From Escherichia phage RB16: 64,000 bases of DNA. The first letter of the stretch is position 1. Each line of letters opens with the position of its first letter. Shown piece by piece: positions 21,318 to 29,688 of this stretch. The translations under genes and the position numbers were made by a program. The stretch lies in sequence record NC_014467.1. One strand, 5' to 3'. The notes under the pieces were generated by a model, which was given only the letters and a program-made list of their open reading frames with translations, ran no database searches and had not been told where the DNA came from.

Positions 21318-22892
21318 ATGTCTAAGAAAAACGAATTGATGGAAAAATGGAACGATCTTCTGGAATCTCAGGAAGGTTTACCGGATATCGCTACCAAATC
21401 CAAAAAACAACTGGTCGCTGCCATTCTGGAAGCACAGGAAAAAGACGCTGAAACCGATCCGGTTTATCGCGACGAAAAAATTGTGGAATCCTTCGGTGGT
21501 TTCCTGGCAGAAGCAGAAATTGCTGGCGATCATAACTATGACCCGACCAACATCGCTTCTGGTAAATCCAGCGGTGCTATCACCAACATCGGTCCTGCTG
21601 TAATCGGTATGGTTCGCCGTGCGATCCCTAACCTGATTGCGTTCGACATTTGCGGTGTTCAGCCTATGACTGGTCCTACTGGTCAGGTGTTCGCTCTCCG
21701 TGCTGTCTACGGTAAAGATCCTCTGGCTGGCGGTACTCCGGCAGATGTTCGTGAAGCATTCCATCCGATGTTTGCCCCGGATACCATGTATTCTGGTGAA
21801 GGTGCTCACACTGCATTCTCGAAAATCACCACTGGTACAGCGATCGCTACTGGCGCTATCGTATACCACATTTTCCAGGAAACTGGTATTGCATACTTCC
21901 AGAACGTTACCTCTGGCAACGTAACTGTAACTGGTGCTGATCCGGCTGCTCTGGATGCTGCTGTAATCGCAGAGAACGAAAAAGGTACTCTGGCTGAAAT
22001 CTCTGTTGGTATGGCTACCAGTGTAGCAGAACTGCAAGAGAACTTCAACGGTTCCAGCTCTAACCCGTGGAACGAAATGGCTTTCCGTATCGACAAACAG
22101 GTTATCGAAGCCCGTAGCCGTCAACTGAAAGCACAGTATTCTGTTGAACTGGCACAGGATCTTCGCGCTGTTCACGGTATGGACGCTGACGCAGAACTGT
22201 CTGCAATTCTGGCAACTGAAATCATGCTGGAAATCAACCGCGAAATCGTTGATCTGATCAACTATACCGCTCAGGTTGGTAAATCTGGTTTCACCCAGAC
22301 CGTAGGCTCTAAAGCTGGCTCCTTCGACTTCCAAGATCCGGTAGATATTCGCGGCGCTCGTTGGGCTGGTGAAAGCTACAAGGCTCTGCTGATTCAGATC
22401 GACAAAGAAGCGAACGAAATCGCACGTCAAACAGGCCGTGGTGCTGGTAACTTCATCATCGCTTCCCGTAACGTGGTTTCCGCTCTGGCTCGTATCGACA
22501 GCGGCATCACTCCGGCAAGTCAAGGTCTCCAGAAGACTCTGAACGTTGATACCACGAAAGCAGTATTCGCTGGTGTTCTGGGTGGCACTTACAAAGTGTA
22601 CATCGACCAGTACGCTCGCCAGGATTACTTCACCGTTGGCTTCAAGGGCGACAACGAAATGGATGCTGGTATCTACTACGCGCCATACGTTGCACTGACC
22701 CCGCTGCGTGGTTCTGATCCGAAGAACTTCCAGCCAGTAATGGGCTTCAAAACTCGTTACGGTATCGGTATCAACCCGTTTGCGAACTCTCGCTCTCAGG
22801 CTCCGGCAGATCGTATCACCTCTGGTATGATCAGCAAAGAAATGTGCGGTAAAAACGCATACTTCCGTAAGGTCTGGGTTAAGGGACTTTGA
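21318..22892 (+). CDS. gp23: Major capsid protein gp23
   Basis: 524 aa; near-collinear identity to T4 gp23 as recalled (GPAVIGMVRRAIPNLIAFDICGVQPM, QVFALRAVYGKDP, DKQVIEA.SRQLKAQYS.ELAQDLRAVHGMDADAELS, YYAPYVALTPLRGSDPKNFQPVMGFKTRYGIGINPFA). Confidence 0.97.
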   Translation: MSKKNELMEKWNDLLESQEGLPDIATKSKKQLVAAILEAQEKDAETDPVYRDEKIVESFGGFLAEAEIAGDHNYDPTNIASGKSSGAITNIGPAVIGMVRRAIPNLIAFDICGVQPMTGPTGQVFALRAVYGKDPLAGGTPADVREAFHPMFAPDTMYSGEGAHTAFSKITTGTAIATGAIVYHIFQETGIAYFQNVTSGNVTVTGADPAALDAAVIAENEKGTLAEISVGMATSVAELQENFNGSSSNPWNEMAFRIDKQVIEARSRQLKAQYSVELAQDLRAVHGMDADAELSAILATEIMLEINREIVDLINYTAQVGKSGFTQTVGSKAGSFDFQDPVDIRGARWAGESYKALLIQIDKEANEIARQTGRGAGNFIIASRNVVSALARIDSGITPASQGLQKTLNVDTTKAVFAGVLGGTYKVYIDQYARQDYFTVGFKGDNEMDAGIYYAPYVALTPLRGSDPKNFQPVMGFKTRYGIGINPFANSRSQAPADRITSGMISKEMCGKNAYFRKVWVKGL

Positions 22893-22922
22893 TCCTAAGC
22901 TGTTGAAAAACAACGACTTTTT

Positions 22923-22950
22923 AAAGGGAACCTTCGGGTTCCCTTTTTGT
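22923..22950 (+). terminator. Rho-independent terminator after gp23
   Basis: aaagggaaccttcgggttccctttttg. Confidence 0.7.
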
Positions 22951-22953
22951 TTA

Positions 22954-22961
22954 TATAAATA
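22954..22961 (+). promoter_or_regulatory. T4-type late promoter TATAAATA upstream of the seg-like gene
   Basis: Exact TATAAATA immediately after the gp23 terminator. Confidence 0.5.
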
Positions 22962-22984
22962 GTGAAAACATTCGAGGCTATATT

Positions 22985-23623
22985 ATGAAACACATCATTT
23001 ATAAAATAACAAACACCATCAATAACAAAATATATGTTGGTGCTCACTCAACCGAAGATATCAACGATTCATACATGGGTTCCGGTATTGCAATCAAAAA
23101 AGCGCAAAAGAAATATGGTATGGAACATTTCACAAAAGAAATACTTCATGTATTTGATACCCGTGAAGAAATGTATGAGAAGGAAAGGGAAATAGTTGAT
23201 ATTGAATTCATAAATCGACCAGATACATATAATGCTGGTATTGGTGGTAAAGGTGCTCCAATGGCGTTGATTGGATGGAGTGATGAACAACGCAAGCTGA
23301 TTTCCGAAAATACTTCGAAAGCTATGCAAACTCCAGAAATGCGCGAACGCCTTTCAAAAATAAAAACAGGGAAGAAGCAATCAGAAGAATCCAACAGGAA
23401 GCGTTCAGAGACTATCAAAGCTATGTACAAGGGTTCTGCATTCGACAGAACCGGATCTAAGCTCACAGACGCGCACAAGGCCAAAATAAGCCGTTCTGTG
23501 TCGATAGATGGAGTTGTTTACGCAAGCGGTTCCGATGCTTCTAAAGCGTTGGGGCTTTCTCGATCTGGCCTTGATTACCGTTTAAAGAGTGACAAATTTC
23601 CTGAATGGAAATTCGTTGCATAA
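22985..23623 (+). CDS. GIY-YIG homing endonuclease (seg-like; same position as T4 segD between genes 23 and 24)
   Basis: N-terminal GIY-YIG motif IIYKITN...KIYVGAHS; basic C-terminal half typical of a DNA-binding domain; inserted between gp23 and gp24. Confidence 0.8.
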   Translation: MKHIIYKITNTINNKIYVGAHSTEDINDSYMGSGIAIKKAQKKYGMEHFTKEILHVFDTREEMYEKEREIVDIEFINRPDTYNAGIGGKGAPMALIGWSDEQRKLISENTSKAMQTPEMRERLSKIKTGKKQSEESNRKRSETIKAMYKGSAFDRTGSKLTDAHKAKISRSVSIDGVVYASGSDASKALGLSRSGLDYRLKSDKFPEWKFVA

Positions 23624-23661
23624 ATAAACAATATACTCCCTCTAATTCAGGAACCAAAGAA

Positions 23662-24960
23662 ATGAGTGATAAACACTACACAATTCACAAGTTGATGCGT
23701 CAGTCTGCGCTTCCGTCTGGTAAACGCGAAAAGGTTATCAACGAAGCAACAGGCACGACCGATATCAACGTACAGAACACGCGCCCAGAACTGGTTTCTT
23801 TGACTCGCGCTGTGAACAACCTGATCTATCATGAACTGGTTGCTGTACAAGAAACGGATTTACCAGTAGCTACCCTTTTCGGTGTTCGTTATCGCAACCC
23901 TAATGGGGACATGACTTTCTCCAGCGCTGCAACCTATTCAGGCCGCATATCTGGACGTACAGACATCGACGATATCGATCTGGCTAAGGCATACGTCAAA
24001 GGCGATTTATTCAAGCACGATGTCACTGACGTTGTGTATGAGGTCATCGAACCTGTAAAGCTAAACGCGCTGGATACTGATAAAGACACCGCAATCATGA
24101 AAGCTGTGTTCCAAAGTAAAATTCGTTTGGTTAGCGAAGCCGCAGACACTTCAAAATATGAAACCAGTGAAGATATCGCATCAACCTCTTTCCAGATGGA
24201 TCGTTGGAACATTCCGGTTCGTTCACGTAAGTTTAAAACTGAAATGACCGTGGAATTGATGCAGGATCTGGAAGCAAACCAGTTTGAAGCCGATGGGGTA
24301 ATTGAAGATATCCTGGGTACGGTTGCAAGCGAAGAAGTCAACAAAGATATTATTCAGACGCTGATCACCGTTTCCAAACGATATAACGTTGATGGTGTAG
24401 TTGTCGATGGTATTTTTGACGGTACAACCACATACACTGCGAAGGATGCTCCAGCATTGGGCCGCATACTCTATCAATTAGCGTGCGAAATGGGCCAAGA
24501 AATGAATAGAACGACTTCATTTGATGCAACCTACGTCCTCGCTAGTGCTCGCGTTGTAGGCGTTCTGGCTGCGTCTGGTTGGATGACCGAAACCGACGAA
24601 CAACACCCGCTGGCAACTGGTAAACTTCAAAACGGTTATTATGTCTATACCGACACGAATACACCGTTTGATTATCTGCTTACCGGATGCAAATACGATC
24701 TGGGTGATATGGATCACGTAGGTTCTCTGTTCTTCACTCCGTACACCGAAGCGGATGATGCAGGTTCAATCAAGGTATCCGTAGATCCTGCATCACTGCA
24801 ACCGAAAGTTGCTATTCTGATGCGTTACGGTTTATCTGTGAACCCATACACAACGGAATCCGACTCTGAACGGTTGACCAAAGGCGATGACTGGTCGAAT
24901 CTGGCTGGTAAATCCAAACTCAGTCAAATCGTAGGTATTAAATTACCTAAGCTGGGTTAA
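23662..24960 (+). CDS. gp24: Capsid vertex protein gp24
   Basis: Similarity to T4 gp24 and gp23 as recalled (LTRA...LIY..V..Q.T..PVA, ASARV.G.LAASGW, NPYT); start placed at the ATG at 23662 (MSDKHY) rather than the track start at 23605, which overlaps the seg-like gene. Confidence 0.9.
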   Translation: MSDKHYTIHKLMRQSALPSGKREKVINEATGTTDINVQNTRPELVSLTRAVNNLIYHELVAVQETDLPVATLFGVRYRNPNGDMTFSSAATYSGRISGRTDIDDIDLAKAYVKGDLFKHDVTDVVYEVIEPVKLNALDTDKDTAIMKAVFQSKIRLVSEAADTSKYETSEDIASTSFQMDRWNIPVRSRKFKTEMTVELMQDLEANQFEADGVIEDILGTVASEEVNKDIIQTLITVSKRYNVDGVVVDGIFDGTTTYTAKDAPALGRILYQLACEMGQEMNRTTSFDATYVLASARVVGVLAASGWMTETDEQHPLATGKLQNGYYVYTDTNTPFDYLLTGCKYDLGDMDHVGSLFFTPYTEADDAGSIKVSVDPASLQPKVAILMRYGLSVNPYTTESDSERLTKGDDWSNLAGKSKLSQIVGIKLPKLG

Positions 24961-25180
24961 TCAAGTTTTGAGAAGACCATTATAATAACAAAGATCAAGA
25001 AGGTCAAACGAGCGAAGCGAGTTTTCACGAACGAAGTGAGTGATGGGTACTACTAACTACATAATTATATTTTTATATTTTATATATAGAGAAAAATGTA
25101 GTTTTTGGTATGTTTTTTAACCAGATGTAAACTAACATTCATTCGCTTCGCTCATTCATGTACTCACTTCGTTCGTAGAT
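24961..25180. repeat. Complex inverted-repeat element with AT-rich core (three inverted-repeat pairs)
   Basis: gatcaagaaggtcaaa (24993-25008) vs tttgacttcttgatc (25180-25194); gagcgaagcga (25010-25020) vs tcgcttcgctc (25143-25153); cgaacgaagtgagt (25029-25042) vs actcacttcgttcg (25163-25176); flanking a ~70-nt AT-rich core. Confidence 0.6.
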
Positions 25181-25208
25181 TTGACTTCTTGATCATGATG
25201 GTTATAAT
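25181..25208 (+). promoter_or_regulatory. Sigma70-like promoter upstream of uvsY (TTGACT-N16-TATAAT)
   Basis: TTGACT at 25181-25186 and TATAAT at 25203-25208; uvsY starts at 25232. Confidence 0.5.
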
Positions 25209-25231
25209 ACTACTTTGTTTTGAGGTGATTC

Positions 25232-25654
25232 ATGGCTGAACTAAAACTTGAAGATTTACAGGCTGAACTCGAAAAGGATATGTTGATCGACCCTCTGAAA
25301 CTACAGAGTGAATCAGCAGACATTCCTAAGATTTGGTCTAAGTGGCTTCGATATCATTCGAATGCTAAGAAAAAACTGATCCAGCTACAGGCCAGGAAAG
25401 AAGCAGAAGTGAAAGAACGTCTTCTGTATTACACTGGACGGCATGAGACTGAAATGACTGATGTCATTTACACAGGTTCAGGTGAAATTAAGATTGCGAT
25501 CAATGGCGATCCGAAAATTGTTGAGGTTAACAAACTGATTCAGTATTTCGAACTGATTGCAGAATTCACCAGTAAGGCGCTGGACATTGTTAAGAACAAA
25601 GGATATTCTATCAAAAATATGTTGGAAATCCGAAAACTTGAGAGTGGTGCATAA
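25232..25654 (+). CDS. uvsY: Recombination mediator protein UvsY
   Basis: 140 aa; matches T4 UvsY as recalled (LEDLQ.EL.KD..ID..KLQ.E.A.....SKWL..HS..KK, RL.YY.GR, K..G..IK). Confidence 0.85.
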   Translation: MAELKLEDLQAELEKDMLIDPLKLQSESADIPKIWSKWLRYHSNAKKKLIQLQARKEAEVKERLLYYTGRHETEMTDVIYTGSGEIKIAINGDPKIVEVNKLIQYFELIAEFTSKALDIVKNKGYSIKNMLEIRKLESGA

Positions 25655-25656
25655 AA

Positions 25657-25835
25657 TGTCAGAACAAGAAGACTGCAAATGTGTGGTTTGTAAAAATCCG
25701 ATTCCTACTGCAACTGGGTTTGTAACTGAATCTGGTCGTGTGTGTGGTGTGATTTGTGCTCAGTATTTGATTGAGCGTAACAAAACCGGATTGAATGAAG
25801 CCGACGATCTGAACGAAGTTCAAATGTTGTTGTAG
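25657..25835 (+). CDS. Small Cys-rich protein (possible zinc ribbon) downstream of uvsY
   Basis: 59 aa from the ATG at 25657 (MSEQEDCKCVVCKNP...CGVIC); the track ORF 25557..25835 is an upstream extension overlapping uvsY. Confidence 0.35.
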
Positions 25836-26134
25836 GTGGAATATGAGCAAAGTTGATTCGGGATGTTTCGAAGACGAACACCCAGATTTTTAGGGTAGGT
25901 AAAAAGTTGCCATAGGCAAGACAAATCAAACTATAGGACAAACTTACGGATAGCCTAACGCCGAGGTGAGAACGTTAACTTTTGTCCGAGGCGGGTTTGA
26001 GTTCGAAACGCAAGGATCGGACGCTCTAAATACTGGTGTACCCCTTGTGGGGCTTGGCTGGCTGATTAATCAGCTTACGCAGTTTAGAATAGCGGTGTCG
26101 TCACCGCGTTAAAAATCAACTATGCTTCAAAATT

Positions 26135-26167
26135 AAAGCCCCTTCCTTTCGGTTGGGGCTTCTTTTT
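26135..26167. terminator. Bidirectional hairpin terminator between the uvsY-side transcript and uvsW.1
   Basis: aagccccttcctttcggttggggcttctttttt; A-rich on the 5' side and T-rich on the 3' side. Confidence 0.6.
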
Positions 26168-26397
26168 TAGAACTTCTCTTCTTCTCCGGTTTCAAGTTCG
26201 GCTTTGAGTTCTTCACGCCGTCCCTTGATCGCGTCACGCATTGAAATGTCATCGGATGCTGCAACTTCAACTTCCTTGACCCGCGTATTGTAATATTTTT
26301 CCAACTCTTTCAAACCGTCCAATGTACGGCACGAAGCAACTTTATTCATGAAATCATCAATTGCGGCTTCGTTAACGAATTCAGTAAAACTTTTCAT
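26167..26397 (-). CDS. uvsW.1: UvsW.1-like small helical protein
   Basis: 76 aa, the same length as T4 UvsW.1, immediately downstream of uvsW; identity not verified by alignment. Confidence 0.55.
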   Translation of the reverse strand: MKSFTEFVNEAAIDDFMNKVASCRTLDGLKELEKYYNTRVKEVEVAASDDISMRDAIKGRREELKAELETGEEEKF

Positions 26398-26406
26398 CTT
26401 AACCTC

Positions 26407-27906
26407 TTAAATTTCTACCTGTTTGATCACGTAGTCGAATCGTTCTTCATTGTAGATCCGCACACGTTCCATAGCATGTTTCATGCCGTAGTTAGTTGCA
26501 CTATATTTATTTTTGGCTGTCTTCGACTTCGCCAGCGTTGCCAGGTTATCGACGATATCCCATACAGTTGCAAGCGCTTTCGAACCATGCTTACGCAACA
26601 CGCGCCCGATCGACTGCTTAACAACAACGGCAGATTTGCAAGGGTGTGCAAAAATGATGTGATGCAGGTTCTTGATTGAAATACCTGTACTCAGTACCCC
26701 GATCGAACCGATTACAATCAAACCCTTTGTTGATTCCGCAATCTTTTTCATTTCGTTGCGGTCGTCAATGTCCGTATCGCCGTTGATCAATACAACGTTG
26801 TCATAAACCTTGCTTAACTTCTCGTACAGCCATTTTCCGTGTTCTTTATACCGGAACATCACGAATGTGTTTTCGTTCTTCTCACGGGCTAATTTAAGCG
26901 CTAATTTTAGAATCCATGCGTTGCGCCGTGTATGGCTTGTAACGTATTTGATTTCAGTCTGGTAGTCTGCACCCTTCAATTTCTTGATCTCTTCTTCTTT
27001 GTACCGAAGGAAGATTGTGTTAATTTTCAGGTTGGTGACTTGTCCATCATCCATCAAACGACGCGTATCAACTGGTTTAAAGACTTTACCGAACGCACCG
27101 ATGTATTGCATCATGTTCGTTTTCCCTTCTTTCAGGGAACCGGATAAACCCAGTTTGAAAATGCACTGATCCATTGTGTCGATAATCTTTTTGATGCTCA
27201 ACCCTGTTGATAGGTGGCATTCATCAACCATCAGGCACATGAACTGCTGGAACCACTCAGCAGGCATTTTAACCGCTGATTGCCAGGTTGAAACATAGAT
27301 TAGCGCGTTGCTGTTCTTAGCAGTACCGGAACGAATACCCAACATTGCCGATTTCGGAAACAGTCGATAGTTTGCGATGTCCTCAATCATTTGGTCAACC
27401 AGCGCCGTAGTTGGAACGATAATCAGCACTTTTCCGCTGTAATGTTCCAGACACCAACGGGAGATAAGACCCTGAATTAGAGATTTACCCGCTGACGTTG
27501 GCAGGTTCAGAACTCCTCGACGGTTTTTGATACCGTGGAATACGGATTCGCGCTGATACCAGTAAGGATCGATCTGTTTGTCACCGTCATAAACTGGATG
27601 CTCGTTAACCCACTTGTCAAAATCTTCTTGCGTGATATCCTCTGTCTCGTGGATCTTCGGATCTACCCAGATTGAATAACCGCGTGATTCTGCGAATTTT
27701 GTTACCAGATAGGCTAACCCATACGGGAGTTTTCCGTTGTAGTCCATCAGGTAAATGTACCCGTTCCATCCACCATATTTGTATTTGGCTTGATACTGAT
27801 AGCCTGGAGGCTGGAATGAAAAATAGTCACGAAGTTCATAGACAATGTTTGCTTCTGCCTGAATCTGTACGTGGCTTGTGTTTAAAAATTTGACTTCAAT
27901 ATCCAC
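26407..27906 (-). CDS. uvsW: UvsW DNA/RNA helicase (SF2)
   Basis: 499 aa; Walker A LPTSAGKS, DECH box; matches T4 UvsW as recalled (ILNLPTSAGKSLIQ, KILIIVPTTAL, GLSGSL.DGKANIMQY.G.FG.IFKPV.T..LM.DGQVT.LKIN.IFLRY, TVWD..D); initiates on GTG. Confidence 0.9.
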   Translation of the reverse strand: MDIEVKFLNTSHVQIQAEANIVYELRDYFSFQPPGYQYQAKYKYGGWNGYIYLMDYNGKLPYGLAYLVTKFAESRGYSIWVDPKIHETEDITQEDFDKWVNEHPVYDGDKQIDPYWYQRESVFHGIKNRRGVLNLPTSAGKSLIQGLISRWCLEHYSGKVLIIVPTTALVDQMIEDIANYRLFPKSAMLGIRSGTAKNSNALIYVSTWQSAVKMPAEWFQQFMCLMVDECHLSTGLSIKKIIDTMDQCIFKLGLSGSLKEGKTNMMQYIGAFGKVFKPVDTRRLMDDGQVTNLKINTIFLRYKEEEIKKLKGADYQTEIKYVTSHTRRNAWILKLALKLAREKNENTFVMFRYKEHGKWLYEKLSKVYDNVVLINGDTDIDDRNEMKKIAESTKGLIVIGSIGVLSTGISIKNLHHIIFAHPCKSAVVVKQSIGRVLRKHGSKALATVWDIVDNLATLAKSKTAKNKYSATNYGMKHAMERVRIYNEERFDYVIKQVEI

Positions 27907-27977
27907 TATGATTACCCTATGTACAAAGTATATAGGTATTTATTGCCTAAATATTGAATAAACACTGGAGATAGACA

Positions 27978-28634
27978 ATGAAAATTGATTACGAATTGGT
28001 AGAAGGGTTCCGTGCTCTGCCTACTAAAGAACAGAAAGGCGCACTGGCTGACTACGCTCAAAGCACCTTCGAAGTAAAACTGAACAAACAAAAATCATTC
28101 GATAACATGCTGGCTGATCTGGAAGCTGCTGTACCAGCGGAAGAAAAACCGGAACTGTTGATTGATTCCCCAGAACCAGAAATAGTTTCGTACACTGGTA
28201 GCTCTATGATGGATGAACCTGTTGTTAACGCTCCGAACATTCCTGATGTGGTTGTCGATGTGTCGCAGGACTTTATGAATTACGTCAAAGAAGTTGCGCC
28301 GGAAGTGGCTGACCAGATTCAATTAGTACCTGATGTTGTAGAAGCTCCTGTAACCGCTTCTGACGAGTCCAAAGCTGATACGGCATGGTTGGATGGTTTT
28401 AGTCCTACCATCGTTCTGATGGGGCGTAGCGCTCGTTCTAACGGCTATTATACGTGTCCCTGGTGGATCTATGATTGGATTAAGAAAAATCCAGATTGGT
28501 ACAAAGATCCTGACCAATGTCCACACTACAGCGCACGGGATACCCTGAAATCGCTGGTGTACTACATCAAGCGTGATGGTCAAGTTACTGTGCGTGAAAC
28601 TCGCAACAGCAGTTTCGACACCTTCAAGTTTTAG
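27978..28634 (+). CDS. Hypothetical protein; C-terminal region shares a PWWIYD motif with the 29689..30192 product
   Basis: 218 aa; acidic, Pro/Val-rich middle; C-terminal CPWWIYDWI. Confidence 0.4.
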   Translation: MKIDYELVEGFRALPTKEQKGALADYAQSTFEVKLNKQKSFDNMLADLEAAVPAEEKPELLIDSPEPEIVSYTGSSMMDEPVVNAPNIPDVVVDVSQDFMNYVKEVAPEVADQIQLVPDVVEAPVTASDESKADTAWLDGFSPTIVLMGRSARSNGYYTCPWWIYDWIKKNPDWYKDPDQCPHYSARDTLKSLVYYIKRDGQVTVRETRNSSFDTFKF

Positions 28635-28654
28635 CACTTTTTGCTAAAATCTGG

Positions 28655-28683
28655 TTGACTCATACCCCGCTTTAAAGTATATT
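28655..28683 (+). promoter_or_regulatory. Sigma70-like early promoter (TTGACT-N17-TATATT)
   Basis: Hexamers at 28655-28660 and 28678-28683 upstream of the 28734 gene. Confidence 0.35.
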
Positions 28684-28733
28684 TGTACTCGAAGGCGGGG
28701 GAAAGGCTCTCGCAGTGAAAGAAGGAAAGCAAA

Positions 28734-29051
28734 ATGAAAAACGAAATGATGAAAAATGCTTATTATCCGGTTCTGTTTGTTTGGGGCGGGGAAAAAGTTA
28801 AAACTATCGTTAATTCACAAGCTCCGTATTACACTGTTGGTGAAGCACTTCGTCATGCCGCCGAAGCTGATTATCCGGTATCATTTGAACCTGGTTATGC
28901 TCGTTGGAATGGTTCTAAATGGGTTGCTGATAGCTGGGACAACTACGAAGAATCAAGAATGGAACATGATCCTGATTATGTTTCTCGCCAGATGGAAGCG
29001 CACATGATTGCAGACCGTCGCCTCGATAACGAAGCTCGCGGGTTCTGGTAA
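28734..29051 (+). CDS. Hypothetical protein
   Basis: 105 aa ORF with GGAAAG SD; followed by a hairpin/T-run. Confidence 0.4.
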   Translation: MKNEMMKNAYYPVLFVWGGEKVKTIVNSQAPYYTVGEALRHAAEADYPVSFEPGYARWNGSKWVADSWDNYEESRMEHDPDYVSRQMEAHMIADRRLDNEARGFW

Positions 29052-29056
29052 AATTT

Positions 29057-29082
29057 AAGGGGGCGAAAGCCTCCTTTTTTAT
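29057..29082 (+). terminator. Hairpin plus T-run
   Basis: aagggggcgaaagcctcctttttt. Confidence 0.5.
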
Positions 29083-29091
29083 AGGTGAAGA

Positions 29092-29661
29092 ATGAACAAA
29101 TTAAACCATGAATGTCTGAAAGATTTGTCAGATGGTAAAGAAATCGAGAACGTTATATTCCTCGATATTGACGGCGTGTTAAATAATATGCGCTCTATGA
29201 AATTCGGTGAACATATGGACATCGAATGTGCGCGACATCTACGCCGGATCGTCAACCATGCAAATTGTGATATCGTTGTTTCTTCAACGTGGCGCATGGG
29301 GAACACGACACACACCCTACGCGAAATCCTGTACCCCTGGGGATTGTATCGCGTTATAGGCCGAACCTGTAGCAACATGGTTGGTAATCGTGTGCGTGGT
29401 GATGAAATAAAGGCGTGGATCGATACGTTCGGATGTAAGAACTATATGATCCTTGATGATGATTGTGATATGTTGCCAGAACAAAAAGATCACTTCGTCA
29501 GAACAGATCCTGAAATCGGGCTTACCGAAGAACAATCAACCTTTGCGATCCGCAATATATTTGGAGTAACAACCCCGTTTTGTCCTGAATGCAACGGCTA
29601 CGGGCGCGTGAACCAATACGATAAATGCGGTAGCTGTAACGGTAAAATATTGCGTCTATAA
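29092..29661 (+). CDS. HAD-superfamily phosphatase-like protein with C-terminal zinc ribbon
   Basis: Motif I FLDIDGVL, motif II VVSSTWR, motif III K...ILDDD; C-terminal CPECNGYGR...CGSCNGK. Confidence 0.55.
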   Translation: MNKLNHECLKDLSDGKEIENVIFLDIDGVLNNMRSMKFGEHMDIECARHLRRIVNHANCDIVVSSTWRMGNTTHTLREILYPWGLYRVIGRTCSNMVGNRVRGDEIKAWIDTFGCKNYMILDDDCDMLPEQKDHFVRTDPEIGLTEEQSTFAIRNIFGVTTPFCPECNGYGRVNQYDKCGSCNGKILRL

Positions 29662-29664
29662 ATA
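29657..29664 (+). promoter_or_regulatory. T4-type late promoter TATAAATA upstream of the 29689 gene
   Basis: Exact TATAAATA, then AAGAGG SD, then ATG at 29689. Confidence 0.55.
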
Positions 29665-29688
29665 CAGAAAAACTAAGAGGTTTCAATA

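Noticed and set aside
21378-22913. 511-aa minus-strand ORF spanning gp23, and similar long antisense ORFs (1435..2007, 16347..16991, 41674..42729, 43324..43815)
   Set aside because: They lie entirely antisense to strongly supported conserved genes (gp23, gp8, gp18, nrdD); they are shadow ORFs.
23605-23661. Upstream extension of gp24 overlapping the seg-like gene
   Set aside because: The ATG at 23662 follows the endonuclease stop, and the conserved gp24 N-terminal region begins shortly after it.
24961-25231. CRISPR array or direct-repeat cluster
   Set aside because: The repeats are inverted, not direct, they are not regularly spaced, and there are no spacer-like units.
25961-26021. Possible tRNA suggested by the T-loop-like GTTCGAAAC with a 4/5-bp flanking stem
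   Set aside because: No acceptor stem pairs at the correct distance (the best candidate gives 5/7 pairs and an overall length of only about 61 nt), and no D-arm or anticodon arm could be drawn. Kept only as part of the structured ORF-free region finding.
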